DNA from: a bacterium
Lineage (GTDB): Bacteria; UBA8248
NCBI GenBank assembly: GCA_963692865.2
Contig: OY843592.1
Span: 2,240,001 to 2,304,000 of the forward strand
Length of the DNA stretch: 64,000 nt
Direction of reading: 5' to 3'
Of this stretch, positions 19,898-29,593 are shown one piece after another (positions within the stretch are counted from its first letter, which is position 1; each line of letters begins with the position of its first letter). A program made the position numbers and the translations under genes. The notes under the pieces are model-generated. The model saw only the letters and a program-made list of their open reading frames with translations. It made no database searches and was not told the DNA's origin.

Positions 19898-21316
19898 CTA
19901 CTCGCCCATCTTCTTGACCAGGGCATCGAAGGCTTTTTGGAACGGCGCTTCCGGCGCGCGGAGGACGCCCGCGCCTATCTGGCCGACGCCCGGTTCGCGG
20001 TGGGCGATTCCGGTGTTGATGACGGGGTAGATGCCCGTCTCGATCACACTGCGCACGTCGATCCCCGTGGGCGCGCCCGCGAAATCAAGGGCGGGCAGGG
20101 TGTAGTCGCGGCTCCTCGCCCAGGTGATGCCGTACATCTCGTTCGTCGCCTGAAAGGCCTCGGCCGTCGAGCCGCCCACGAACTCGACGATGGCGGGCGC
20201 CGCGGCCATCGCGAAGCCGCCCACGCCCAGTGTTTCCATGATGGCTGAATCGCCGATGTCGGGATTGGCGTCCTCTTGTGAGAATCCCGGAAAGAACAGG
20301 CCGACGGGATTCTTCGCGGGCGCCGTGAACCATGCATCCCCCAGGCCGGCGACCCTGATACCGAAATCCGTGCCGTTGCGCGACATGGCATAGACCAGGG
20401 AACAGCCCTCGACCCCCGCCATGGTGTCGAGACTCGCCTTGGCGGCGGGCATCGCCAGGTTCAGGAAGAAGTGATCGTTTCCGGCGAGAAAATCCGCCAC
20501 GCGGGAGAGCACCCCGGTGTCGCTCACGGTCTCCGCAAGGCGGGGCATGATGGCGCGGGCGACCGTCGATGTGGCCGCGACGTTTCGGTTGTGCGCCTCA
20601 TCGCCCATCTGCAGGGCGCGCGCGACGACGTTCTTGATGTCCAGGCCTTCCGGCATAGCGCGGAGCGCCGCGCGCAGGGCGGGGGCGAGTTCGCCCGCCA
20701 TCCATCTCAGGCGCGCCAGCACGTCTTCCGAATACGCCCCGTAGCGCAGCACCTTCCCGAGACCCTCGTTCAGCGTGCAGCAGGCCCTCCCGCCGCCGCC
20801 GAGTTCTTCAGGCGCCCGGTTTTCGATGATGCTCACCGGCATCGAGGGCGACACCACGCCCGCCATCGGCCCCACCGCCGAGTGGTGGTGACAGGGTTCG
20901 AAGGAGATTTCTCCGCTCGCGCAGAGTTTTTCCGCCGCTTCCGCATCCTGCGCCCAGCCTTCCAGAAGAGCCGCGCCGATCATCGCGCCCTTGAGCGGCC
21001 CGGACATGTGTTCCCAAGCGATGGGAGGGCCGGCGTGGAGGAGGGTGCGCTCGCCCATGCCGGGCACCTCCTCTATAGCCACGCCGACGTCCACCCACAC
21101 GGGCCTGGCCGCCTGAAGACGTTCGATGGCGATGTCGTTGGCCGCATCGCAAGAGGTCAAACTGTCGAGGCTTATCGTCATCTCGGGGTCTCCTCCGGCG
21201 GGGGGACGCCAGTCCACCTGCACCACGGGGGCGTTCTGCGCGGCGATGCTTTCGGCGAACAACCCCGCGCCGACGTTGGCGACGCGGACGCCCTCCAGTA
21301 AATTTTTCGCGCTCAT
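19898..21316 (-). CDS. yahG: DUF1116 family protein (YahG/YlbE, AllG-like)
   Basis: YahG-type N-terminus ANVG..LF.E.....VDWRPP; motifs LLHAGPPI, PCHHHSAVGPMAG, NEGLGKVLRYGA, ALQMGDEAHNRN, RNGTDFGI, DIGDSAIMET.G and INTGIAHREPGVGQIGAG. Confidence 0.92.
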   Translation of the reverse strand: MSAKNLLEGVRVANVGAGLFAESIAAQNAPVVQVDWRPPAGGDPEMTISLDSLTSCDAANDIAIERLQAARPVWVDVGVAIEEVPGMGERTLLHAGPPIAWEHMSGPLKGAMIGAALLEGWAQDAEAAEKLCASGEISFEPCHHHSAVGPMAGVVSPSMPVSIIENRAPEELGGGGRACCTLNEGLGKVLRYGAYSEDVLARLRWMAGELAPALRAALRAMPEGLDIKNVVARALQMGDEAHNRNVAATSTVARAIMPRLAETVSDTGVLSRVADFLAGNDHFFLNLAMPAAKASLDTMAGVEGCSLVYAMSRNGTDFGIRVAGLGDAWFTAPAKNPVGLFFPGFSQEDANPDIGDSAIMETLGVGGFAMAAAPAIVEFVGGSTAEAFQATNEMYGITWARSRDYTLPALDFAGAPTGIDVRSVIETGIYPVINTGIAHREPGVGQIGAGVLRAPEAPFQKAFDALVKKMGE

Positions 21317-22863
21317 CGGTCGATGGCCTCAAGCGCACTGGCGGCCGCGAGGCACGCGCCGGCGTGCGTATCCGCCACCACGACGCCCGCCTTTTTCAAC
21401 TTCTGGCGCTGGGAGTCCAAACCCTGCGGGTCGCCCCTCGTTCCCGTGACGGAGGCGATGAACAAGACGCCGGGGCTTGGGGCTTCCTCGATTGCTCTCG
21501 CCGCCTCTCCCGCCGGGTCCTCATGCGCGCCGAGCCCTAGTACCACGTCGAAGAGCACCACCGCCGTTTCTGGGGCACGGGCCTCCTGGACGATGCGCGC
21601 GCTTCTGGGCGCGGGGTCGATCATGGGATGGGGTTTTCCCCGCGTGAAAAGATCGTCGCCCAGGTCCACCACCGCGTGGCCCTCGGATTTCATGGAATTA
21701 GCCATCATGCCTTGGCTCTTGTCGAGGGGCGCGTTGGAGCGAATGTCCGCTACCGAACTGCCGACGATGGCCTGCGCCTCGGCGCACAGCGTCCCGCCCG
21801 TGTAGACGCCGCGCAGGAACCGGCGGCCTCTCTCTCGCGTGCGGCTCCATCCGGCGATCCTTTCTCGCGTTACGGAGTCGAGTTCCGGGGGCGTAGCTTC
21901 GGCGCGGCCCTCGACGAGCGAGACGGCGAGCCTGCCCGCTCCGGCGAGCGAATCCGCCGCGTAAAGACCGGGATACGCCAGGACATCCTCGCTCCGGCCT
22001 CCGACGAAGTGGATGACGGCGGGCTTTCCGCACCGCGCCGTTGCTTTGAGTATCTTCTCCAAAGCGGCGGGCTCTGGCGGTTTTCCGAGAACGAGGAGAA
22101 CTTCCGTCGCGACATCATTCGCGAGGGTCTCGATAGCCTGGATCATGGCGAGGCCGCCTACGGCGTCGGACACGTCGCGCCCGCCGGTCCCAAGCGCGCA
22201 GGAGATTCCGCCGCCCGCTGAGTCGACCGCGGCCATGGCCTCCTGAATCCCCGTGCCGGCGGCGCCTGCGATCCCGATTTTTCCCGGCCGCACCACGTTG
22301 CAAAAACCGAGTCCCACGCCGCCTATGTGAGCCGTTCCGCAGTCGGGGCCCATGACGAGCAGCCCCCGCTCGCGTCCCATGCGTTTAAGCGCCACCTCGT
22401 CTTCAATGGGCACATTGTCGCTGAAAATGAGGCAGTGGAGGTCCTTCTTTAACGCGCGTTCGGCCTCGCGGCGCACGCTCGGACCGGGAATCGAGAAAAG
22501 GGCGAGGTTGATCGCGGGGTCTTTACCGAGGGCGGCTTCGAGCGTGGGCGCCGAGAGATTCATGAACGCGCCCGCTCCGCCGCCTGCGCGGGGCGCAGTG
22601 AGCGCCGCTTCCATCATGGCGAGTTCTTCCTGCGCCTTCTGCGCGTCTTGCGCATCGACGACCAGTACGAGGTCGTTCGGTCCTGCTTCTTTCGCTTCAC
22701 CTGCGAGGAGGCCGCTGGCTGCCAGTTGTTCGAGATTCATCGGCGTGCCCATGAGGGCCGCCGCTTGCCTGATGTGAGCCTTCTCCGAGGCGGCGGCGCT
22801 GATGCGCATGAGCTTCACCGAGTCGTGGTACGCGCCCGATAAGACGCGGACGGCCAGCGCCAT
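21313..22863 (-). CDS. fdrA: Acyl-CoA synthetase-like FdrA (YahF / AllF-like)
   Basis: Motifs YHDSVKLM, MGTPMN, FSDNVPIEDEVALK, MGPDCGT, GTGIQE, GTGGRD, GGTLCAE and DLGDD.FT.GKPHPMIDP. Stop overlaps the DUF1116 start. Confidence 0.92.
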   Translation of the reverse strand: MALAVRVLSGAYHDSVKLMRISAAASEKAHIRQAAALMGTPMNLEQLAASGLLAGEAKEAGPNDLVLVVDAQDAQKAQEELAMMEAALTAPRAGGGAGAFMNLSAPTLEAALGKDPAINLALFSIPGPSVRREAERALKKDLHCLIFSDNVPIEDEVALKRMGRERGLLVMGPDCGTAHIGGVGLGFCNVVRPGKIGIAGAAGTGIQEAMAAVDSAGGGISCALGTGGRDVSDAVGGLAMIQAIETLANDVATEVLLVLGKPPEPAALEKILKATARCGKPAVIHFVGGRSEDVLAYPGLYAADSLAGAGRLAVSLVEGRAEATPPELDSVTRERIAGWSRTRERGRRFLRGVYTGGTLCAEAQAIVGSSVADIRSNAPLDKSQGMMANSMKSEGHAVVDLGDDLFTRGKPHPMIDPAPRSARIVQEARAPETAVVLFDVVLGLGAHEDPAGEAARAIEEAPSPGVLFIASVTGTRGDPQGLDSQRQKLKKAGVVVADTHAGACLAAASALEAIDR

Positions 22864-22883
22864 GTCACTCGCTCCCCCGGAGG

Positions 22884-23603
22884 CTAGTCGTTGATGATCG
22901 CCACCGCGCGAATGGGGGAGCCCGACATGCCGCGGAACTTGATGGGCAGCACCGAGAGCTTGAACCCGTGGGACTTGGGGATGAGGTTCAGGTTTATCAT
23001 GTTCTCGATGTGGCAGTAGTCTTTCTCCAGCATGACCCGGTGGGCCTCCCAGTAGCTGCGCGTCTCGTGCATCTTCCAGATAGGCACGTCCCAGCCGCTC
23101 GCGTCGATCCCCATCACGCGGACCCCGTTGTCGATGAGGTAGTGGGTCGCCTCCGCGCTCATGCCGGGCTGGTTCATCGTGTAGTCGGGGTTCGTCTGCC
23201 AGTCCACGCTCGCATCGGTGCGGATGAGCACGATGTCGAGCGGCTTGAGCGCGTAGTCGATTTTCTTGAGCGCGCCTTCCACGTCCGCCGCCGTGATGGC
23301 GTAGCCCGATTCCCTGTCGGTGAAATCGAGGACGACGCCGTCCGAGAGGCACCATTCGAGCGGGATGCGCTCGGTCGTGAAGGCGTCGGGGTTGTTGTGC
23401 CAGGGGGAGTCGATGTGCGTGCCGGTGTGGTCGCTCATGAAGATGACGCAGTGGTTGGTCACGATGGGGGCGCCGTAGTCGATGGCGCCCGTCCGCCTTG
23501 CCACGGTGTCCCAGTCCTCGTCGACGGTGAGGGAGGGGCCGGGCAGGTCCGGGTAAATCGGCATGTCCCGGTATATTTCCATGCTCAGATCGATCAATTC
23601 CAT
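22884..23603 (-). CDS. Cyclase family metal-dependent hydrolase (kynurenine formamidase / isatin hydrolase-like)
   Basis: HTGTHIDSPWH metal motif, DIVLIRT, GIDA, HIEN and GSPIRAVA. Confidence 0.9.
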   Translation of the reverse strand: MELIDLSMEIYRDMPIYPDLPGPSLTVDEDWDTVARRTGAIDYGAPIVTNHCVIFMSDHTGTHIDSPWHNNPDAFTTERIPLEWCLSDGVVLDFTDRESGYAITAADVEGALKKIDYALKPLDIVLIRTDASVDWQTNPDYTMNQPGMSAEATHYLIDNGVRVMGIDASGWDVPIWKMHETRSYWEAHRVMLEKDYCHIENMINLNLIPKSHGFKLSVLPIKFRGMSGSPIRAVAIIND

Positions 23604-23751
23604 CTCGGAGGTCTCCTATAGGAGGAAGAAAAGAAACGATCTCCATCTTGAGTGGTCGGTTCATCATGGGAAGCGTATGCAATGCGCGCATTATGTATGA
23701 ACCCGAAGCGGCGGGCAACGCATCCGCTTTCGTCGCGAACAGGATGCGACG

Positions 23752-23970
23752 GGGGTTGTTGAAAAAGCCGGACCTGGGAGCGAGCGCGTTTGTAGTTCGT
23801 CGTATGGCCACCGTATCGACCTCATCCTGAGTAGCCGCCGAAGGCGGCGTATCGAAGGATGGGAGGCGCTTCTCCGCGAACTTCGCCCTTCGATACGCGG
23901 CTTCCGCCGCTACTCAGGGTGAGGGTGTTGGGGACGGCGGAGCCTGCCCTGAGCGAAGTCGAGGGGGCGG
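23752..23970. repeat. TIR left end plus CCTGAGTAG...TATCGAAGG / CCTTCGATAC...TACTCAGG REP-like doublet
   Basis: GGGGTTGTTGAAAAAG starts at 23752. The inverted pair at 23826-23923 closely matches 51112-51224. Confidence 0.75.
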
Positions 23971-24198
23971 CTGCTCGGGGTAAGATCCATACAGCGGCCA
24001 AGTAGGGCGAGGGGACGGGCCGCAGGGGAGGGGAATCCGCGTTACAAGCCGGAAACATAAAACCCGTATATTTTGAATTTGAGAATACATAAGGCATACT
24101 GGCTGCATAGCGACAAGGATAAAACCTGAGTCTCCCGAGCGGCGGCGCGCGGAGACGAGTTTTCGCATTTTCACACCACATGCGGGGAGTGCGCCTTC

Positions 24199-25140
24199 TT
24201 GTCTCTCTTGTTCGACATATCCCTGTTCCAGCTCACCATGCTCATGATGGCGCCCCTCATCATCGCGTGCCTGGGCGAGACCATCATCGAGCGCTCGGGG
24301 ATTCTGAACGTCGGCATCGAGGGGGTCGTGACGCTCGGCTCGGTGACGGGTTTTCTGCTCACCTACTACTCGGGCAGCGCGTTCATCGGCTGTCTGGTCG
24401 CGGCGCTCTCGGGGAGCGCCCTGACGCTGCTTCTGGCGTATTTCTCCATCACCCTTCGTGCGAACCAGATCGTGATCGGGCTGGGGATTTTTGTCCTGGG
24501 GCTGGGGATATCGCCCACCATCTACCGGTTGGCGGTAGGGGTGGTTCAATCGATTCCCCAGGTGCCGACGTTGAAAGAGATAAGCATCCCCGTTCTGGGC
24601 GGCATCCCCTTCATCGGCGAGATTTTCTTCCGGCAAAACGGACTCGTCTACATGTCCTATTTCCTGGTCGCGGCGGTGAGTTTTTTCCTCTTCAAGACGC
24701 CGCTGGGTCTGAGGCTGCGCGCCTGCGGGGAAAACCCCCGCGCGGCGGACACGGTGGGCATAGACGTCGCCCGCATGCGCTACGGCGCGTGCGTGGTGGG
24801 CGGGCTTTTCCTGGGCGTGGCGGGCGCCTACCTGCCGCTCGTGATATCGGGTTCGTTCACGGACAACATTGTGAACGGAAGAGGTTGGCTCGCCCTGATG
24901 CTGGTGATCTTCGGGCGCTGGGTGCCGGTATGGTCGTTCGTCGGCGCGCTGCTCTTCGCGTACGTGGACGCCTTCCAGTTCAAGGTGAACGCCCTGCCGC
25001 AATACGCCAAGATCATACCGCCGCAGTTTTTGCTGATGCTGCCGTACGTGTTCGCCATGATAGTTCTGGTCCAGGTCGCGCGGGGCGCCGAAAGCCCGCG
25101 CGCGCTCACCAGGCCATACGACCGTGAAGCCCGGGATTGA
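24199..25140 (+). CDS. Nucleoside/purine-type (BMP-associated) ABC transporter permease
   Basis: Motifs ERSGILNVGIEG, GLRLRACGENPRAA, GRGWLAL..VIFGRW and MLPYV. Confidence 0.9.
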   Translation: MSLLFDISLFQLTMLMMAPLIIACLGETIIERSGILNVGIEGVVTLGSVTGFLLTYYSGSAFIGCLVAALSGSALTLLLAYFSITLRANQIVIGLGIFVLGLGISPTIYRLAVGVVQSIPQVPTLKEISIPVLGGIPFIGEIFFRQNGLVYMSYFLVAAVSFFLFKTPLGLRLRACGENPRAADTVGIDVARMRYGACVVGGLFLGVAGAYLPLVISGSFTDNIVNGRGWLALMLVIFGRWVPVWSFVGALLFAYVDAFQFKVNALPQYAKIIPPQFLLMLPYVFAMIVLVQVARGAESPRALTRPYDREARD

Positions 25141-25183
25141 ACCCATGTCCGGGATATTGTGTTTCTCATCGAGGAGGTATGAC

Positions 25184-26185
25184 ATGAAAACCAAATGGAC
25201 ACGCCGATTGTTCTTCGCCGCCGCCGCGCTCGCGGCCCTTGCCCTGATCGCACCCGGCCAGGCGCTCGCCGCGAAGGCCCACAAGTTCGCCGTCATCCTG
25301 CCCGGACCCATCGAGGATGCGGACTACAACTTCCGCGGCTATGAAGTCGCCCAGGACATCAAGAAGAGGTTCAAGATCGAAACCTCCTACTCCGAGCGCA
25401 TCTCGCCGGCGGACGCCGAGCGGGTGGCGCGCGAGTACATATCCTCGGGCTTCACCATCATCGGCTTCCACGGCGGGCAGTACGTCCGGCTCGTGCAGAA
25501 GCTGGCGCCGAAATTTCCCGACACCATTTTCGTCATGGAGAGTTCGGGCAAGTTCAAGGTTCCCAAGAACGTCTGGAACATTCACCGCCACTATTTCGAG
25601 GCCTTCTATCCCTTCGGCGTGCTGGCCGGCCTCTCGACCAAGACGAACAAGGTGAGCGTCATCGCGGGAATCCCGCTGCCGGACTTCAAGGCTTCCATCA
25701 ACACCATCTCGGACGCGCTCAAGGCGACCAACCCCAAGGCGCAGCTCACCTACGCCTTCACCGGAAACCAGAACGACCCGGTCAAGGCGCGCCAGACCGC
25801 CGACGCCATGATCGCGAACGGCGTCGACTTCATCATCAACATGGTGAACCTGGGCGTGTACGGGGTCGCCGAGGCCGCCAAGAAGGCGAAGCGCAAGGTG
25901 CTGGTCACCACCTTCTACACCGACAAGACGGACAAGGCGCCCGAGCATTTCGCCGGTACGCTGATCATCGATTTCCGGCCTCCCTACCGGCAGGTCATGG
26001 CGGGAGTCATGAAAGGCGCCAGCGGGGGTTATGTCGCCATGCGTTCGGGGAACGGCTTCGAGCTCGGTCCGATGTCCAACGTATCCGCCGAGGCCATCAA
26101 AAGAACCAAGGAGACGTATGAAAAAGTCCGTAGCGGAGCGATCAAGCCCCGGCTCGCAATGAAGAAGGTCATGTTGGCGAAATAG
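25184..26185 (+). CDS. BMP family ABC transporter substrate-binding protein
   Basis: GAGGAGG RBS, signal peptide, PGPIED.DYN, G.LAG..TKTNKV and FTG..NDP.KA. Confidence 0.87.
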   Translation: MKTKWTRRLFFAAAALAALALIAPGQALAAKAHKFAVILPGPIEDADYNFRGYEVAQDIKKRFKIETSYSERISPADAERVAREYISSGFTIIGFHGGQYVRLVQKLAPKFPDTIFVMESSGKFKVPKNVWNIHRHYFEAFYPFGVLAGLSTKTNKVSVIAGIPLPDFKASINTISDALKATNPKAQLTYAFTGNQNDPVKARQTADAMIANGVDFIINMVNLGVYGVAEAAKKAKRKVLVTTFYTDKTDKAPEHFAGTLIIDFRPPYRQVMAGVMKGASGGYVAMRSGNGFELGPMSNVSAEAIKRTKETYEKVRSGAIKPRLAMKKVMLAK

Positions 26186-26240
26186 GGCACCTGAGCGCCC
26201 CGCCGCTAGCTGGGTGGGGCGCCTGGAACGGAAGAATGTA

Positions 26241-27791
26241 ATGACGGAAAAAACCGCCGCTTGCGTCGAGATGCACGGCGTCAGCAAGTCTTTCGGGCAG
26301 GTCCGCGCCTTGGACGCGGTCGACTTCGAGGCCGCCAAGGGGGAGATCCACGCCCTCCTGGGGGAGAACGGCGCGGGCAAGACCACGCTCATGAACATCC
26401 TGAGCGGCCTCTACCGCATGGACGAGGGGCGAATCGCGGTCGAGGGGCGCGAGGTGGATATCCACTCCCCGCAGGATGCCATCGCGGTCGGCGTCGGGAT
26501 GGTGCACCAGCACGTGGAGTTGATCGGCAACTTCACCGCGCTCGAGAACATCCTGCTCGGCCGGGAGGGCTCGCGCTGGAAGCTCGACGTCGAGGCCCGG
26601 CGAAGTTCCGTGGAGGAGCTTGCGGCGAATTACGGCCTCTCCATCCCTCTGGACGAGCAGGTGAAGACCCTGCCTGCCGGGATTCAGCAGAAAGTCGAAA
26701 TCCTGAAGGCGCTATATCACGGCGCGGACATCCTGATTCTCGATGAGCCGACGACCATGCTCACCCCCCACGAGGTGGACGGGCTGTTCTCGATCCTCAA
26801 GTCCTTCGCCAAGGGGGGGCTGACGGTCGTCTTCATCACGCACAAGATACAGGAGGTCCTGGACAACTGCGACAGGATCACCGTGTTCCGCGGCGGGCGG
26901 AAGATCGACACCATCCTCCGCGATGAAGCCACCCGCGAGCGGCTGGTCCAGATGATGATGGGCGAGCGCGGCATGCCGCCAGAGGGCGAGCGGCCGGCCG
27001 GACCCTCGGCGGCCCGGGAGGGGGGGGCCGCTCTTTCCGTCCGGGGAGTGCGCACCTCGGCGAAGTGGGGGGTTCCTCTCAGGGACGTCGCCTTCGACGT
27101 CCCCCGGGGGCTCATCGTCGGCATGGCGGGCATCTCGGGAAACGGACAGAAGGAACTGGCGGAAGCCCTGGCCGGAATCATCGAAGTCGAAGCGGGCGAG
27201 GTCCACATAGACGGCGAGGAGGTATCCAGCCTTTCGGTGGCCGGGCGCATCTCGCGGGGAATGAGCCTCCTGCCGCAGGACAGGATAGAGGAGGGGATTC
27301 TGCCGGGGCTGAGCCTGGCCGAGAACTTCGTGCTGGGCCTCCACCCGCACATCTTCAAGCGTCGAGGAATTTTCGAGCGCGAGGCCGCCTTTGAACTCGG
27401 CAGAAACGCGATTGCGGAATTCAACATCCTGGCGAGGAACGAGCACGCGCCCGCGGCGCATCTATCGGGCGGAAACATCCAGAAGACCATCGTGGCGCGC
27501 TCGGTCATGCTCGCCCACAAGACGGGCGGGAAGGTGATGATCGCCAACAACCCCACGCGGGGGCTCGACGTCATGGCCGCCTCGTTCGTGCACGGCCGCC
27601 TGAGCGAGCTTCGCGCGGGCGGCGCGGGCGTCCTGCTGATATCCGAAGACCTGGACGAGCTCTGCCTGATGAGCGACCGCATCGTCGTGATCTATGCGGG
27701 GGAGATTCTGGGCGCCTTCGACGGCCCCGAGTACGACATCTACCAGATAGGCGCCTTGATGGCGGGCCAGAAAAAGGGGGCGGGTTCTTAA
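26241..27791 (+). CDS. ABC transporter ATP-binding protein (two-domain, carbohydrate/nucleoside type)
   Basis: Walker A GENGAGKT, GMVHQH, LILDEPT, LSGGNIQK, PTRGLDV and ISEDLDEL. Confidence 0.93.
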   Translation: MTEKTAACVEMHGVSKSFGQVRALDAVDFEAAKGEIHALLGENGAGKTTLMNILSGLYRMDEGRIAVEGREVDIHSPQDAIAVGVGMVHQHVELIGNFTALENILLGREGSRWKLDVEARRSSVEELAANYGLSIPLDEQVKTLPAGIQQKVEILKALYHGADILILDEPTTMLTPHEVDGLFSILKSFAKGGLTVVFITHKIQEVLDNCDRITVFRGGRKIDTILRDEATRERLVQMMMGERGMPPEGERPAGPSAAREGGAALSVRGVRTSAKWGVPLRDVAFDVPRGLIVGMAGISGNGQKELAEALAGIIEVEAGEVHIDGEEVSSLSVAGRISRGMSLLPQDRIEEGILPGLSLAENFVLGLHPHIFKRRGIFEREAAFELGRNAIAEFNILARNEHAPAAHLSGGNIQKTIVARSVMLAHKTGGKVMIANNPTRGLDVMAASFVHGRLSELRAGGAGVLLISEDLDELCLMSDRIVVIYAGEILGAFDGPEYDIYQIGALMAGQKKGAGS

Positions 27792-27792
27792 G

Positions 27793-28869
27793 ATGGCTGG
27801 TTCGGGCGCGGCGGGTTTGGCCGAGAAGAAAAAAATAGTCCTCGACTTCGCGGTCACCTACGCGGCGGCGGGCGCGCTGGCGCTGGCGTGCGGGGCCGTC
27901 TTCATCGTCGCCTTCGGAGGCGACGTGCTCGTGGCGCTCGGCACGGTGCTGCGCTCCTCGCTCGGCACGTGGGGCGGGTTCGCGCAGACGCTCAACAAGT
28001 TCTGCCCGCTCCTGCTCGCCTCGCTCGCGGTGGCCTTCGGGATGCGCGGCGGCCACTTCAACATCGGCGTGGACGGGCAGATATACGCGGGCGCGATCGG
28101 CATGACGGGCACGGCCTTCGCGCTTGAGGGCATGAACCTCCCCTGGCCGATCTTCGTCCCGCTGGGACTGCTGGGCGGCGTTCTGGGCGGGTGGTTCTGG
28201 GGCTTCATTCCGGGGATCCTGCGCGTGCGCTTCCAGGTGAGCGAGATTTTCGTGACGGTGATGCTGAACTTCGTGGCGCTCTATCTGGTGGACTACCTCG
28301 CGAACGGCCCCTGGAACGACCCGCTGGCGGGAGAGGCCATCTCGCTCCCGATCCCAGACGCCTCGGTCCTCCCCCAGGTGATGCCGAAGGCGGGCGCGCA
28401 CGCGGGCTTCATCATCGCGCTGGCCGCCGCCGTGGGGATGTACTTCTTCATGACGCGCACCATCGCGGGCTACGAGATCCGCGCGGTGGGCGACAACCCC
28501 CGGGCCGCGCGCTTCGGCGGCATCAACGTCGCGCGCGTCACGCTCATCATCATGCCGACCTGCGGCGCGCTTTCGGGACTGGCGGGCGCGCTCGAGGTCT
28601 CGGGCTTCCACCAGAGCCTGCTGCTCGGCATCAGCGGGGCGGAGGGCGCGCCCAACTACGGCGCGATGGCCATCCTCATCGCCGTCATCGGGCGTAACAA
28701 CCCCCTGGGCGTCACGATAGCGGCCGCGGTGTTCGCGGTGCTGGTGTCGGGTTCGGATTCGCTCCAGAGGAGCATCGGCCTGCCGGGGGCCGCCGTGTTC
28801 GTCTTCCAGGCCATCATCGTGCTCACGGTGGTGTTCGTGCAGGCGCGGCGCGAAATCAGGGCGGGGTAG
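27793..28869 (+). CDS. Nucleoside-type ABC transporter permease
   Basis: Motifs FNIGVDGQ, SEIFVTVMLNF, GYEIRAVGDNPRAA..GI and GRNNPLG. Confidence 0.9.
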   Translation: MAGSGAAGLAEKKKIVLDFAVTYAAAGALALACGAVFIVAFGGDVLVALGTVLRSSLGTWGGFAQTLNKFCPLLLASLAVAFGMRGGHFNIGVDGQIYAGAIGMTGTAFALEGMNLPWPIFVPLGLLGGVLGGWFWGFIPGILRVRFQVSEIFVTVMLNFVALYLVDYLANGPWNDPLAGEAISLPIPDASVLPQVMPKAGAHAGFIIALAAAVGMYFFMTRTIAGYEIRAVGDNPRAARFGGINVARVTLIIMPTCGALSGLAGALEVSGFHQSLLLGISGAEGAPNYGAMAILIAVIGRNNPLGVTIAAAVFAVLVSGSDSLQRSIGLPGAAVFVFQAIIVLTVVFVQARREIRAG

Positions 28870-28881
28870 GGGGGTTGGTTC

Positions 28882-29590
28882 TGTAGGGACAGGCCTCCGT
28901 GCCTGTCCTGATGAAGTCCCCCGCCCCGATGAAGACAAAGGACAACCACGGAGGGTTGTCCCTACGGGGTCGGTGGCCGGAATGACGAGGTGGGCGGACA
29001 CGCAGGTCCGCCCCTACAACCCCATCGCGTTTTGCGTAGGGGAGGACCCATGTGTCCTCCCAGCGCGCGCATTCATGACCCACCGCGGCATCTGCCCGAA
29101 ACGAAAATCGGGCGGACACGCAGGTCCGCCCCTACCATATCATCGTCCACGCCAATCGGGTTTCACCACCGCCGTCATTCCGGCGAATGCCGGAATCCAG
29201 AGCCGATGAGAAGGCCAAATTAAGGCGTTCCATTTCCTCGTTCATTCGCCCGGAACGACGGCCAAAAAACGAAAAAACAAAGTCCCTGGATTCCGGCATT
29301 CGCCGGAATGACGATCCAAACCAGATCGGACAGGTCGCGACCTGTCTGTGGTGCCGGCGCCTTTGCAGGGGACGCATACATGCGTCCCACATGCCACGAA
29401 CCGGTCGGGTCGCATATATGTAGCGCTCCCGAGAAGGGAGCGCTACATACAGAAAACCTGGACCGCCGTAGGGACAGGCCCCTGCGCCTGTCCGGGCGAA
29501 GGACAACCACGGGGGCAGGGCGGACACATGGGTCCGCCCCTACAACCCCATCGCGTTTTGCGTAGGGGAGGACCCATGTGTCCGCCCGCA
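28882..29590. repeat. BIME/REPIN-like cluster of GTAG-type REPs plus a GTCATTCCGG...CCGGAATGAC doublet
   Basis: Repeated GGGCGGACAC.CAGGTCCGCCCCTAC / GTAGGGGAGGACCCATGTGTCC pairs with the conserved spacer AACCCCATCGCGTTTTGC; GTAGGGACAGG...CCTGTCC pairs; inverted 28-bp pair near 29173-29200 and 29287-29313. Confidence 0.85.
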
Positions 29591-29593
29591 TCC

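Noticed and set aside
21313-23811. 832-aa ORF suggesting an N-terminally extended FdrA
   Set aside because: The extension is an off-frame read-through of the cyclase gene. FdrA homology starts at ATG 22863, which has its own RBS.
28882-29590. Possible CRISPR array (also the clusters at 15.7 kb and 52.7 kb)
   Set aside because: The repeats alternate in orientation, vary in sequence, have irregular and partly conserved spacers, and no cas genes are present. This fits REP/BIME structure.
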